Program-made: the position numbers and the translations under genes
Part shown: piece after piece, positions 12,363 to 26,585 of the stretch
Layout: each line of letters opens with the position of its first letter
Position numbering within the stretch: the first letter of the stretch is position 1
Source: Bigelowiella natans CCMP2755
Taxonomy: Eukaryota > Protista > Cercozoa
Length of the DNA: 64,000 nt
Direction: 5' to 3'
NCBI GenBank assembly: GCA_000320545.1
Contig: ADNK01003312.1
Span: 1 to 64,000, forward strand
Notes under the pieces: generated by a model
The model's input: only the letters and a program-made list of their open reading frames with translations
Told to the model about the DNA's origin: nothing
Database searches by the model: none

Positions 12363-12818
12363 ATGAAATGCTTACGGCTGCGCAGGGGGATACTTCTCTG
12401 GATATTTATCGTAAGCCTGGTTGGGAAAGTTTGCGTCCACACAGGCAGAAAGGCAGCAACTACTTCGCGGCTATCTTTGCCGCGGCTACGCGGGGTCAGA
12501 GGGGGGAGACCTGTACTGAATGAAGAGCAGCTTACTCGACCAGATTGGTGGCATGGTGGACAGAGAATATCAAGCTCAACGGTTCTCCCCTCCGCGTTTT
12601 GTTCCTTGACATGCTATTTTTGAATATTTATTGCTTTTGCAGATCTTCTCTCGTCTGCGAGGGGGTGGGGTGGGACACCCAATCGAGGATGGTCCGAAGC
12701 GAGACTATTACGAAGTCCTTGGGTTGAAGAAGGTATCCAACGAAAGGCGCCCCGTACATAGTACACATAGATTGGGAAAGAACGAAAATGAACATATTAA
12801 AAAATAAATAAATAAAAA

Positions 12819-12863
<45 letters not shown>

Positions 12864-13595
12864 GTGTGTGTGTGTGTTAGGGTGCCACGGAGGACGAAAT
12901 CAAAAAGGCCTACAGAAAGCTTTCGATCAAAGTATACCCACCCCATTCCAAATATTACTATTTGTGCGTGTGTTTGTCTGTCCAGCCATGTGTTTGTGTG
13001 CTTGCACCGTATTGGGTTAGATGCCATTTTTTAATGGAACAGAGTCTTCTTCGTCATCATCGTCGCTGACCATAACATAGGAGCACCCTGATAAAAAAAA
13101 GACAAAGCCAGAGAAGGAGAAGGCTCATCGCATATTCAAAGAAATTGGAGAGGTATTCCTTCGCAATCACCTCTATCGTATTCCGGCGAGGAAGCGCCTA
13201 AGCTTTTGGAATGATCTTTGCAACTTTCGTAAATGTGCTTGTGGTAATTCTCTCATATTGGGCCCTAATAAGGAGAAACTTAATGAGAGCCCGCGATTTC
13301 GCAGAAATATTGGACTTTAGATTCCACGACTAGCTTACAATGCATATTCTAAAAAATTAAAAAGGGCTCATGAGCGTGCAAATATGCGTTTTGCTGCAGG
13401 CCTACTACGTTCTAAGCGACCCTAAGAAGCGCAAGTTGTACGACGACGGCGGGCATGAAGCCGTCATGTATGCAGGTAGTTATCTTGCGGTTATCATCAT
13501 TGGTAAAGCGTAGAGCACACGGAGGCACATTTCTTTGAGTCTCGAGTCTTTCATATGAATAGAACTAGTTTTTGGAATGCAGAGCTAGAACACGT

Positions 13596-13637
<42 letters not shown>

Positions 13638-15516
13638 GCAACACACACGTAAACAGACGAAGGCGGAGGAGGCCACCACGGCGAGATGATGGGGGGATTT
13701 GACTTTGAAGATGCCGAGTCTTTATTCAAGTAATCATTGCTACATGCTTTATGGCAGCAATATATGATACCAACATCGGTGACAATAAACCAGTGGTGAG
13801 GAGGATGATCATGTGTTTACGTGAAGCTGGTGTGTGCTCGTACTGTCAAGGGTTATGTTTCATTGGAAATTCGATCTTTGACTGTTTTTCCTCAAGGCAA
13901 TTCTTCGGGGGAAAAGACCCTTTTTCTTCCTTTTTCTCTGGATTTGGAGGTAGACGTCACATTGAATTTGCTATGTTCTCGCGCGCGCGTGCACACGCTA
14001 ATACTGCATCGGAACTCATGCATACAAACACACTTCAGGGGACGACAACGATGATGCCTTCGGCGGGTATCTGATGGGAAAATACAATATATCATTGGAG
14101 ATAAAGATGATGATGATGATGATGATGATGATGGTGATGCTGATATATGTGAAGTCCAAGTAGTACTGCGATTTACCTTTCGATTCTTCGCATTTCTCCA
14201 AATAGCACGTCAAGTTCTTTTTCATGAAAATTAACGTCCGGATCATACTTCCTTAGCTTCGGTGGAGGGAACGTATTCTCATCCTCAGTCACCTTTGGGG
14301 GGGGGTAAGGATGTAGATTACTGCTAAAACAAGAGTAGAGTGAGACGGCGACGCTCATGATGGTTACGATGAACACGTTGTTATTGCATGCCATTCTGTT
14401 GAAGAGTCGTTCCCATTCCTTTCGTTTGCTTTTATTGCTTGGCCTTCTAGCGGGGGTTTCACATCATCGTCGACATCTCGGAGAATGACCAGAGATTCCC
14501 AAGGCCGCCAAGTCGTAGAGGAAATCACCAAGGTCCTCATTATGCGGCCATTCGATTACACGTGCATGCTTTCATGTGCGTGTGCGTGTGCTGGGACAAC
14601 CGTTTCTGGAAATGTTCAGTGTGCTCAGTTGCATGTGTTGCATGTGTTGCTCAGACGACAAAACCTGATGGAAATGTCGAGGAAGTTGTACGGAGAAAGG
14701 TATTGCACATATGCACAACACACACACGCACACACACTCACACACTCACGTGTGCGCGCGCGCATGCATTTAACATAGACTTTTCTCGCATAATATTCGA
14801 TATACCTGTTATAAATACGTGCAACAGCTAGGAGATGGCAAAGTAGAGGAGACCCGTCGGCAGCTTCCACGTCTTTCCGATGGAAAAACGGGCAGAGGTG
14901 GAGGAGGAGGAGGAGGGAGCGGGAAACAGCATGGAATTCAACGGTAGCACAACAGTGCTTATTATTCACCATATGCTAGGATAGATAGCTGCTACTATAC
15001 GCTTTGCACACACAAACACACACACCTAGAGAGAGGGCACTAATCACGTTCCTGTTGTGGAGAAGAGGATCCCAATCCATACAACGAACACTCGCCTTAT
15101 AGTATCATTCTCACCATCGTCATAATCATCATAATCACCTTCATCATCATCATCATGAATCCCTTCTCCCTGCACTTATCAGTCAGGAGTTTGGAGGTGA
15201 GGATGACTTTTTCGGGGGGCTAGGAGACATGCTCTCCTTTGGCAGAGAGGCGGGAGGCCACGGCGCCGGCAGTAGTATGTTTGGATTTAACGATGATGAT
15301 GACGACGAAGACGATTTAAGCGACGATCAAGACGATGATGATGAAGATGAGGACGATGATGATAACCCGAACAGCAGCAAGAGGCACAGAAATGGCAATG
15401 GTAGTAGTAGTAGTAAGAGAGAGCCGTCGATGAAGCACAGCAATAGAAACGATGCCTACCGAAGTAGCAGCAATAAGGGCGGGGGTTCCAAACCAAAAAT
15501 TGAGACTCTGGAGTAG
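12363..15516 (+). CDS. DnaJ/Hsp40 (DNAJB6/B8-like: J-domain, G/F-rich region, S/T-rich region) with N-terminal hydrophobic and basic leader and acidic C-terminus
   Basis: Exons give RDYYEVLGLKK|GATEDEIKKAYRKLSIK|EHPDK...FKEIGE|AYYVLSDPKKRKLYD with the HPD motif intact, then FKQFFGGKDPF, GGFTSSSTS and TTKPDGNVEE. The last exon has a D/E run. Leader MKCLRLRRGILLWIFIVSLVG starts at 12363. Confidence 0.92.
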
Positions 15517-16823
15517 CAACAGTGCTATAAAAATGACGGCGCTCATACACACACACACGCACACTCTAACACCACGACATCGACATGGATCGATTGGTCT
15601 ATTTGTTACAATGTCAATGCTCTAGTGTTAGAGGCAGTCTACCTAGCTACTAGTGTTGTCTACTATTCCAGTTAGCGTTTCTGCAATCAACGACAAAGTG
15701 TACTATTGAAAAGATATGTATCTCAAATATGTTACTGCATACCAACATGTCAGCAACTACTGCAGGCATGCACTTCTAGACTTCCGCATTATCTAGTACT
15801 ATATTGTGACAGTGTGACAGTCGTACATAGTATGATTGCACACGTATATGTTCTTCCGTATACATAGCTCTACTCATCGCATCGCTATCATAAACTTGCC
15901 GAGATAAACGTTGAATTCGTGAGCAACAATAGACTCGACGAAATTTGTAAATGATAGCAAGCAAGCAGGCACACACATAGACATATATCTTTTTGCACAC
16001 TCTTTAGAGTTGCATTGTGCATGCGCGCGCGGCACGCGCAGCTGTAATATGCACACCATTTGATGTATACATGCATGCACTCTATCCTCCTACATAACAT
16101 TCGTCCGCATAGCAGCAGCAGAATAAAATCACTTTACGAATAATTTGCTATGCTAGCATGGCTCTGCAATTTAAATTTGTACATTACAATCATCATTTTT
16201 CTTCCTGGCCGGTACCATCGTCAGAATTGTTATTCGTGCTTTTACTATGCACAATCCTATGACAAAATGAGTGGAAGTTGACATAAGATTGATGCATTTG
16301 GATACGATAAATGAATTCTATAATTCAACAGCAAGATAAAAATATACGCATATGTATCTACCGTAGTGGTGTATATCTTGCAAATGATAATATTTCAACG
16401 CAAAAATCATGTAATAACCACCACTACTATCACTGCGACCATAACAATAGTATCAGCGATTTTGATACAGCGACATGACAGTCATTGTCTATCATAGAGA
16501 AATAAAATACGATAGGTTTCCTCCTCCAAAGCATTGGATAAATTGAAATACTTAGCGGCTAGTTTATTTTTTAAGTTGCAACCTCAAAGCATATTCGAGG
16601 ACGTCTCGACTGATTTTATCCAAAGATCCACCCTTCGCATTGCCGTCATCTGACGTATTCCAAAAGGGTGTTGTAAGAGTGGCAGACGCAGTGACGAGCA
16701 TGCATGTTCCCCTCGCTGCTATCTTTCAAAAGATCTATATCTTCCAAGGTCTATTTTGCTGATGGCATTATGCTTCAAATTGTGTCTTTAGTGTGAGGCA
16801 GGGCATGAGATTCAAGAGTGCTG

Positions 16824-18116
16824 TTATTCATGCAGAATCCCTCCGACATCGACGTAGCTACACACGGATGCGGCGTCAATGCTGCAAATCGTAGCGCCTC
16901 TCTTCGGATCTTGTCGATGACACCATTATGGAGGCGGAGAAGACATGAAAAACAAATCATCCAAAATATCCATACCGCTCTTCTCGATGAAGTCTCCGGC
17001 ACATTCCTCCCAAACCGCATGCCGAAGAACACTTGCGCTTGTAGAGGAGAAAGAAGAGGCAGCTTCATCCCTCAAATCTCGCAAAACCTCAAACGTCTAA
17101 GATGTCCAAGCATGACACAATAAAGACGTGTCCTCGATCGAGCATCTCAAACGATCACACCGAAAGCGAGCGCCTCAGCTCTCAACAAGAACGAACAAAA
17201 CAAAAACGAAAACCCTTCCGTGTTTTTGCCATTAAAAAAAGTTCCAATTTGCTATTTTGGAAGAATTGCGTGTGGCATCACTCGGACCGCTCATTTTATT
17301 CTATTGCTTTCCTCTACAAAGTCCTCAATCACTAATCACCTTTGTGTCAATGTCGCACAACACGTCTCGCAGCTCAATTAGCGAGGTTGTTGACAGGATT
17401 GCAGAATCGCCCAAAGCTGCAGTTGTTGTCGTATCTGACGATAAATCACGTCTGCTTGAGCGTGCACCCACCTCCCCATTATATGTTTCTTTTTCTTCGC
17501 GGCTGATCTCCTTCTTACTCTTCAACTCTTTGCCATTTCCTATATTCATGGAATGCCTTTCGTCGGCAGCGTGAGGCGATGACAACCAAGAGTCGAAGCA
17601 TATCCTAAGGGCAGATCGTGTTGTTGTTAGGCTGATGAATGCCTCAAGCAGATAAAGCGAGCATTGGAAGCTACGCGACAGTGAAAGAACTTTTAGAGCG
17701 AAAGAAAGAAAGAAAAATTTATAACGCAAGCTAATCGGGCTGTTTTCGTTAGTATATCACTCCAGCCAAAGCACCAACTCGAGTTACGACTAGAATGGAT
17801 TCATTTTCATTCAATGTCTCCATTTGATAATCTTGGGGAAGTCAAAATTCGTCGGTCAACACCCCAGCGTACATTGAGGCTGAACCCTACCGTTGCATCT
17901 GCTTGGCAAGGCGCATTTGTGCGCGCTGGAACATTATCGCGTCTTCTTCATTTATATCAAGTTTCTGTCGGTGAGAACAAAGGTATTCTGTAAGCGCAAT
18001 CATTCAGAGCAAACCCCAATTGATACTCAACTCTCAAATGCAGGTGAAACAACCATATTACGACTCTAAGCACATCGCCTGAAATATTTAACATCTCTCC
18101 CCTACTTATATTCGTT

Positions 18117-18158
<42 letters not shown>

Positions 18159-18231
18159 GTGTAGAGCCTACTTTCGCAAGCCTCCGCACGCGCATTAACA
18201 CCTATCGATCGATATTTGGAACACGCACATG

Positions 18232-18267
<36 letters not shown>

Positions 18268-18689
18268 GACAGAGCGAGAGAGAGGGAGAGAGAGGGAGAG
18301 AAAGAGGGAGAGAGAGTGAGCCGGGGGGCGAGGTATAAGGATAAGTATAAACATAATACATGTATGCACGTGCGGGCGCGTGCGTGTGTGTATCTATGTG
18401 TGATTTAAGGGTGGTTGCTTTAGTTTCCATGCCCCCCTCTTTCTCACCACTTGTTCCTGTTGACTGTCTTCAGGATTGAGATGGAGAGCAGGAGAGTCGT
18501 CGATACCGTCATCCCAACCATGCTCATTATATGAAGAGATGGTACTATTTGTATGAACGACAGCATCGGCAGTAGCAATAACGCTTTCATTGAAATTTTT
18601 GGAAGCCCCCTCGAATTTCACCCGAGCAATATTCGCCTGCACTTCTTTCCTACAGATGTGTGAATACACGTATGTATGTATCTATACAT

Positions 18690-18735
<46 letters not shown>

Positions 18736-18973
18736 CAATTTAGAGTGGCGCTCCTATTGCTCGTCATTACCGCTGCTGAAGTAGTTTGACAAGAATTTTC
18801 ACTCTAGTCGCGGGGGAGGGGGAGGGATGTGCTGTGGCTTCAACGGTCAATTTAGACGTGATCAGCATGGAAGGTGAGGAGAAGATGAGGGACGGGTGGT
18901 GTCGCAACGAATGCCCCGTCATTCTGGCTGAAATTGGCCTTTTCTTGGTCGAGCCCGACGTTCCAGCGGCCAT
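16824..18973 (-). CDS. Hypothetical multi-exon protein
   Basis: GT-AG bounded exons: MAAGTSGSTKKRP...KLLQQR, ICRKEVQANIARVKFEG...EQV, RSFQCSLYLLEAF...DIDTK, ASVLRHAVWEECAGDFIEKS. No family recognised and both ends are tentative. Confidence 0.5.
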
Positions 18974-19489
18974 TGTGAATGCTATGAGAGTCACTGTCGA
19001 TGCAATAATGCGGAAATCTTGAAAAAACATATCTGCTTTGTAGTAATTCCAGCTTCCCTCCCCACTGTGTTAATCCATCACGAGTGAACGGTAGACCCTC
19101 ACGATGCTGGGCAGGGGAGGCGAGGAAGGAGGAGGAGGAGGAGGAGGAAGGGGATGGGCATTGACAAATGGAGACTGATGCTCATTGTTCTCCTGGTAAA
19201 GGACTCTGCGTGTGCGACAAGAAAACGAGGCGATTTTGACCCGTTTTTGATACAAAATCATGTCGCAGCTTTGGTTTATGAGCGATGTCGAGAGTCGCGG
19301 CACAGCCTCTCTCATCGCATTCATCATCGTCGTGTCATTGAATGCGAACCTGCTGCGTTCGATTCCTGCGAAAATCCTCAACACTGACAAAAATCAGGCT
19401 CCATTGGGATGAAAGAATGTCAGGTTGACGAGCGCAAGTCCAGATCGAAATTTTGTGTGCACTTGCGTGCTTGCGTGAACGTTTGGAAA

Positions 19490-20170
19490 TCATCAGACTG
19501 AACAAGATGCAACGCCAGAACGAGTGCAGTGCAATTGGGACTCGTGCGCCCATGCCAGCATGCGCATGCATGGGCATCTAGCTAGCTAGACCACGCGCAT
19601 GCCAGCATGCTAGCATGCCCCCTTGCCAGCTTGCTGGCTTGGCGCACAATGCAAATTGCTCGCTAGCTCGCGGAGTGCAACTGCTACGCTGAGCCAATGG
19701 CGTTGTGCAAACGCAAAACTTCAAATCGTGTGCATGATTGCAAGACGATCAGTGCACTTAGCAAGTGCTTGTGTTCCAAGCTAGCAAGATTCATGCATCG
19801 ATTGCTGTCGTCGCGTCTCACTTGTCAATTTCGTCCGATCTAGTCGCACAAGCTTTGTGCAGCTGACACATGTGCATGAAGAAGCTAGCATTGATCACAT
19901 TGGCTTGCCTGCCAATCGCACCGGCACGAATTGAGGTTGGATGATTGCGGGCGCCACTGCACATGCGCAAGGCGAACGATGAAATGCTCACCAGTCTACA
20001 CGCATCTAGTGCTACGAATGTGTTGAGTCTGCATCATGCTAGCATGTTTGCTCACGACGAGGTGGTGTCGGAAGTCTGGAATCGTGTTGATATCTGGCTG
20101 ACAAATTTAGGGGCTAGCAACATGGATCATGTCTCAAGTCGTAGTGCCACACTACACATCCAATAGAACA
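19490..20170. repeat. CATG/CTAG-rich intergenic patch
   Basis: Dense GCATGC, GCTAGC and TCTAGCTAGCTAGA (also at ~54143 and ~54167). No microsatellites, and TA occurs mostly inside CTAG. Confidence 0.55.
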
Positions 20171-20267
20171 TGTGAAGTACGTACCTTCATCCCGTGATTA
20201 GATTCTATTCATCTAGTCATGGCAGAACCGATGACAAAATTTGGAAAGCGAATTTCGTTGTCACTGC

Positions 20268-20617
20268 ATCAGCTGTGTTTCGTGTCTGCAGCATTCCTCT
20301 TCACGTTCATTTCTCTGCGACCATCCTACATGAAATCAAAAGCATATCTGAGCACCGTCTAGATTATATGCATATATAAATATAAATAAATAAATATATA
20401 TTATATTTCCACCACCAACGCATGACGTTCTACTGGTGAAATTGTGTAGCGCGTGTTTGTATATGTTTGACCACACCGTATTATCCACTCCTCCTGAGTT
20501 ATTTTCTTTCGCATCAGCATGATTGTCATCGTCATCCGCATCTAATGCTTGCACCAAGCGGACAGTTCCATCTGTTGGGAAAAGAGATATCGTTTGTATT
20601 TCTATAGCAGATCGTTT

Positions 20618-20655
<38 letters not shown>

Positions 20656-21150
20656 GCACACGCACACATTTCAAGGCTTCTCCTGGCACGATTTATGTGT
20701 TGTAGTATTTCATATTTTCATGCAATCTGATTCCAGCTATTTGCGTTTGCTGGCAAGATATTAACGCAGAGACTTAGCATTTTAAAGAAACATCGACGGC
20801 TTTTTTCTTACATCAGAAAAAAGTCGTCATCATTGACAAGCAAAGACCATCATCGGTGTTGCAGGAATCTTGTGATTTCGTTGTTTCAAAACAAAACAAA
20901 AAGTCGCTTAACCCTTTTCTCTTTTCTCGAGAGAAACTTCAAGGTAATCCTCATCCTACCGTCAAGATCACTCAATCTCACATAAAAAATAACAACATGA
21001 ACATTGCTCTCGATTTTATCCATTGATTCATATCATTAAAAATGCTGCAAACAAATATCTTAAAACCATCATCACCAACGATTATGATCTCTTCGCACTC
21101 ACCTCGTTTTCTAACGGATTATCGCTCAGTGGCAAGCTGGATCCCCTACA

Positions 21151-21186
<36 letters not shown>

Positions 21187-22689
21187 TTTATCAGCAAGTG
21201 ACACCGAGCCAGGCTTTACACAACGATGAAGCCGACATTTGAATGGCGAGTGGACTTACCAGGTGTACTCTCGTACGGCTTCTAGCTTGTGCCCCTTGTT
21301 GCTGACGCAGTTGGCATGTGCTGCCGCGATGATCTTTGCAAAAGAGAAAACCGGGGAAAAAACAGTTAAAGAAAACGCTCTCTTTCAAGTAAGAACGTTC
21401 ATCAGAATATGTTATCGATGCTCCGCTATCTTCAGTAAACAAGTGGTGGTAGTGGCTGAGAACAGTGAATCGTCTCTAAATCATACCTTTCCTTCCCGGT
21501 GGATCACCATCAGAAACGGCTTGTTGGCAATGAAATGGCGCCTCATTGTCTGCACAAGCCCGGAGATAGATTGGAACGAGAAGGGGGGGTGGAAAGGTAA
21601 GGTTTATTGTACTATTGACCACCCTCTCTCAATATAACTGCGAATAAGATAATGCTGATGTGAAGGAAAATGCCTTAGCTGTTCTTACTTACCACGGTCT
21701 TTTGCTCTGTAGTCATCCCAGACCCGTGAGCATCAGCTATATCCATTGCGAGTTGAGCACGCTGAACGACCACAGCACAAGGTAGGATGGACGGGGGAAA
21801 GCATAATTATGTAGGCGAAGAACAGAATACGAACGACTCGCGTCTCGCGGTGCATAGCCGCGCTAGAAAAGTGAATATGAAAGGAGTGGCAGTGCTGTTA
21901 CTACTTCGCCTTTGGGGGCCAGCGTAATAATAGTTTTCTGAGTAATTCCAGACAGTCTATGGCACAAAAGAAATACAAACTGATGAATAATCCATCTCAA
22001 CGAGAGAGAGAGAGAGAGAGGGGGGGGGGGGAAGAGGAGTCTTCTTGTGGATGCGAATCTGTTTTGCACATATAAAATACACTATTTGATTCAAACGAAA
22101 TGGTAGTCAACTTTGCAGGCATTTCCTTCTCGCTCTTGAAGGCTGGCCCCCAGTCTCTATCAAACACCATGATATATCATCAACAACAGCAGCAGCAGCA
22201 ACAACAACGACAGTAACGAGCGTTCTGGCTGGTCTCACCACCACATCTAACACACACGCTCTATGTACGACCTAGTCTCCTCCAAGATTCTCTTGCAGCC
22301 CCAGGCCGCCATTTTCGGTGCCATGTTGACTAAGAATGACGTTCACGGTGTTATCGAGCTTCCGCAGTAGTTCAGGGGAGAGAATGCGCGCAATTTTGGC
22401 AAACGAAGAAATATGCTAAGACAACGCCTAGACAGCATTGCCCCATCCCCTCGTTTTTGATGACAGAAAGAAAGGACAAAGTATGGAAGGCTGCAAGCTG
22501 GAAATGATGGATTCTACAATCTTCTCCGCTTATTTGATCGCCGAGGGTCGTGCTCGAAGAGAGGAAGTTAACACGGTAGTAACCGGATACAACGAAAAAT
22601 CATGGGGCAGAGGAGATGGTACAATAAACAAATCTTCAACGCATCTACCACTCCCCTACCATTCCCTTCTTTCAATGTTTTCGTTCGTT

Positions 22690-22723
<34 letters not shown>

Positions 22724-23213
22724 GCCGTGCTGCTTGTTTGTCATCTCGTCGCACACACCCGTATGTTCAATTTCCCCCATAGGCAAGCTCATGTGCGTAA
22801 TACACCTGAAAGCAGAATATTTATTGAGGGGAAGAGAGGGGGGGAGGGGGGAGAGATAAACGTGATGCCGTGTCGCCGTTTCGCCACCCAAAACTTCTTC
22901 CCGCAGCTACTCTCAGGTTTGATATGATTTTGCTCACAAATAGTGCAAGCTACACGTCACCTTCGCCCGATTCTCTTCTCATCGTACATCGTGCTGACCA
23001 GAGACTTTAGGGTATTGTACTCGGTGCTGACTCGTCCTCTGCGGTCTCTCTGCGTAATTGGACAACAATCATCAAAATGCAAGCAAGCACGAGGGCACAC
23101 AATCTGAGAGACAACCCAACGATACAAAAGCGATATTCACCAGAACAGGAGGTAAATAGTAGGAAATTAATTGATTGGAAAACATGTAAATTAAGATCGC
23201 TTTTTCAAGCGAA

Positions 23214-23294
<81 letters not shown>

Positions 23295-23969
23295 TATTTA
23301 ACCTTTGGGCGTTTGAGGAGCTTTTCTAAGCTGGGGGGCTCAAAGTTGTCGTTGTCCCTGTTACAAAGAGGAAGGAGGGCATCTTCAAACACGCGCTCTC
23401 TCCCAATACCCCCCAACGAATAAAATACTATGCACACTTGACTCTGATCAAGCTGATTCTTTCTCGATTGCGCCTTTTCATGCTATTTCATCACCGTCGT
23501 CGTCATCACTATCATCATCATCATCATCATTATCATTATCACTATCACGCTGGGTGACAACAACAACAACAACAGCAGCAGCAGCACATTGATTCTGTCT
23601 TAGGTTCATCTCTAAATGGAGATAACCGTGCAATTGCTATGAGAACGCCCTCTTTTTGATTCTTGAGCTTCAAATGCGTCACATAGGCATCCTTGGTAAC
23701 CTAACGAAGGTGGGGCGCGTGGGTGGGGGGGGGGGGGGGATGGATCTCAGTTTGATGATATATTCTCGATACACAGCACACTGCTGTAGCTCAATCGTCG
23801 TCGTTGTTGCTGTTTTCTTCATTCTTCCAACGATTTTCAGGGGTATATTCAGCAGTTTGGATCAAGCACTCCTCTGCGCCACTACTACTTCTGCTTATTC
23901 AATTGAATTGAATTGAATTGAACATGGCATTGATGCAGAATCTACATGCTTCTTCTTCTTCTTCTTCTT

Positions 23970-24003
<34 letters not shown>

Positions 24004-24085
24004 CAGATAAGGGCATTTGACCCACCGAAGATGCATAAATCTATGTCGCAACACGAAAAAGGAAAATTGTGATGATGGAATAAAA

Positions 24086-24121
<36 letters not shown>

Positions 24122-24402
24122 CACACCCATACACATTAAGAAAAAGACATTTGCGATTAAAAAAAAAAAAGAAAGTGCATTCGTATATTCGTTGCATCAT
24201 TGGTTGTTCATGAAAACTAGACGACTCTCGTCGGTGCATCAAACAAGCCACGCATCGCATCGTCTGAGGGGGGGGCGGGAAAAGGAGGTGATGAGTGTGG
24301 GTTGGCGCCTTACTGCGTCCGAACTTTGTGCGTTCTCGAAACGCGGAAGAATTGGAGATCAGGCCTAAGTCAAACCCCAAAGTTCATGAACACATGGTTT
24401 TT

Positions 24403-24452
<50 letters not shown>

Positions 24453-24694
24453 TCCACATGAGAACCAATCGATCTTATTCTGCGACAGCAGAGGTGGTAC
24501 ATTTGCGTGTTTGCTGTGTGAAAAGCGCGAAAGGGTTCGCTACCTAAATTGGCAATCGTCGCACCATTCAGGGTCAAGCCTAGCAACAGCATTTTGCATG
24601 CGACAACCAATGAGATGATTATGATGCGTATCTGAGTAGAGATTGTTAGCTCTGACACCCATACACCAAGTATCTATCACGGCTATGCCCAGGG

Positions 24695-24733
<39 letters not shown>

Positions 24734-24967
24734 TATACGTTATACAAATCTCCCATTCTGGCAAAAATAAGGCCCTACACGGTTTTAGTACCCAAGCTCA
24801 AACTTCACGTGCCAAGTAGGTGAACAGTGGATAACGGATGTCGTGACTGCTGAAACGCCTACGAATTGTCCAAAATGAAACGATTTATTTGATAAGAATA
24901 TGGGAATCAAAAGAAGATAAATTTAAGGAAAAAGCAGGATAATCCTCACAATATTCTGCTATGGTTA

Positions 24968-25002
<35 letters not shown>

Positions 25003-25490
25003 GAGTGCTTGCTATGTTATCAGATCAGTCACCTCTGAGCTTCGTTCCGTAGATCTTTTCAACCTCTTCATGCGTCTTTTTCTGTTTAAGAGGCAACGCT
25101 TGAGTAAAGCAACCAGCAATTCAATTGTACACACGCACGTATGTTTGTACTCTCATAAAACGCATTTACTTAGTTGGAGACTGGCATCCAATCTCACCAA
25201 AATCAATGCCGGGGTGACCCCACGCGCGTTGTTGTTTTTACGGTCATTTGTTGTTACCTTTACCCACCAATCGATCGGCTCGGAATTCTTAGCATTTGGC
25301 TGTTAGCATGAGCAAGCAAAGGACAATTAGTTGTCATTTACTTGTGTTTTTCAGCCTCTCGTCTGATGCCTCATAAATTTCGGATTTGATGTGGTGTTGT
25401 TCTGCTACGAGAGAATTAAAGCTGTACCCTTCCAAGTTGCTCGATGAACTCTTCCTTTGACAAATAGCCAGAGCTAATATTGACCCCGCC

Positions 25491-25530
<40 letters not shown>

Positions 25531-26174
25531 CGCACAAGCGAGCGCACACATGCATATTTTCAGATATCCATACTCTCTCTTTGCGTATCGTGTTATAAAT
25601 CATGATTTCCTTACTACAACTACTAAGACTACTACCACCACCACCACCACCACCACCACCACTCACTACTGATGATACAGCAATAACTACTATTACTACC
25701 CCAATGTAACTACTACTAGTACGACTACTATAATAGTACTAAGACTACTATATAATTACTTGTCATCATCAAGGGCGGTGAATACAAGTTCAAGCATTTC
25801 CTCTCGAGACTCGCAATCCTGCATCGCCACCTGTATGATAACCATCGCCATAGTAGCGCCACACACCACACACCACACAGTGCAGGAAGAGATAATCAGC
25901 ACCCATTGGCTGCGGCACTCACACGGAAGGGGGGGGTGGTAAGCTTTCTAATCAGCAGCCCTCTGTTTGTCTAGTGGTAACATCGTCCTTGTCCCCCACC
26001 AGCCACCCCCCCCTCTCTCTCTTCCTCTTTTCAGTCGCTGAGTACATATTTGTCATCATCCCCTGTACCGCACGTGTGACATATGTGGTACCGGGCTAGA
26101 TGCATGGGCAAGCGATCGCGCGGCGAACTGACCGTCAATTAAGGGGGGGGGGGGGGGGGGAGAGATGGTCGTCA

Positions 26175-26215
<41 letters not shown>

Positions 26216-26521
26216 AACACACACACACATACAAGCATATTATATATATTGATATGCGAATGGTCTAATCTGGCTGCTCCGTGGTTTTGATTGAGTGTAA
26301 CAACAAATCAAACAGATTATCTGCTAGTAAATCCTCATCAAGCATGCAGAGGTAGGCTCTCACTACTACTACAACTGCTACAACTAATATTATTATTACT
26401 ATTGCTACTACTACCAGGAGATCAGTGGCCAGGAGAGTAAAGTCCTCTCCACTGCAGTAATTCTTATCACCAACTGAAAATCACAACATTTAGAGGGAGG
26501 CGCGTCTCAAAATGGAACATA

Positions 26522-26585
<64 letters not shown>

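Noticed and set aside
24540-24662. Independent gene start MGVRANNL for the downstream serpin half
   Set aside because: N-terminal serpin motifs lie 4-5 kb upstream on the same strand and an AG acceptor is available, so an internal exon is preferred, though not proven.
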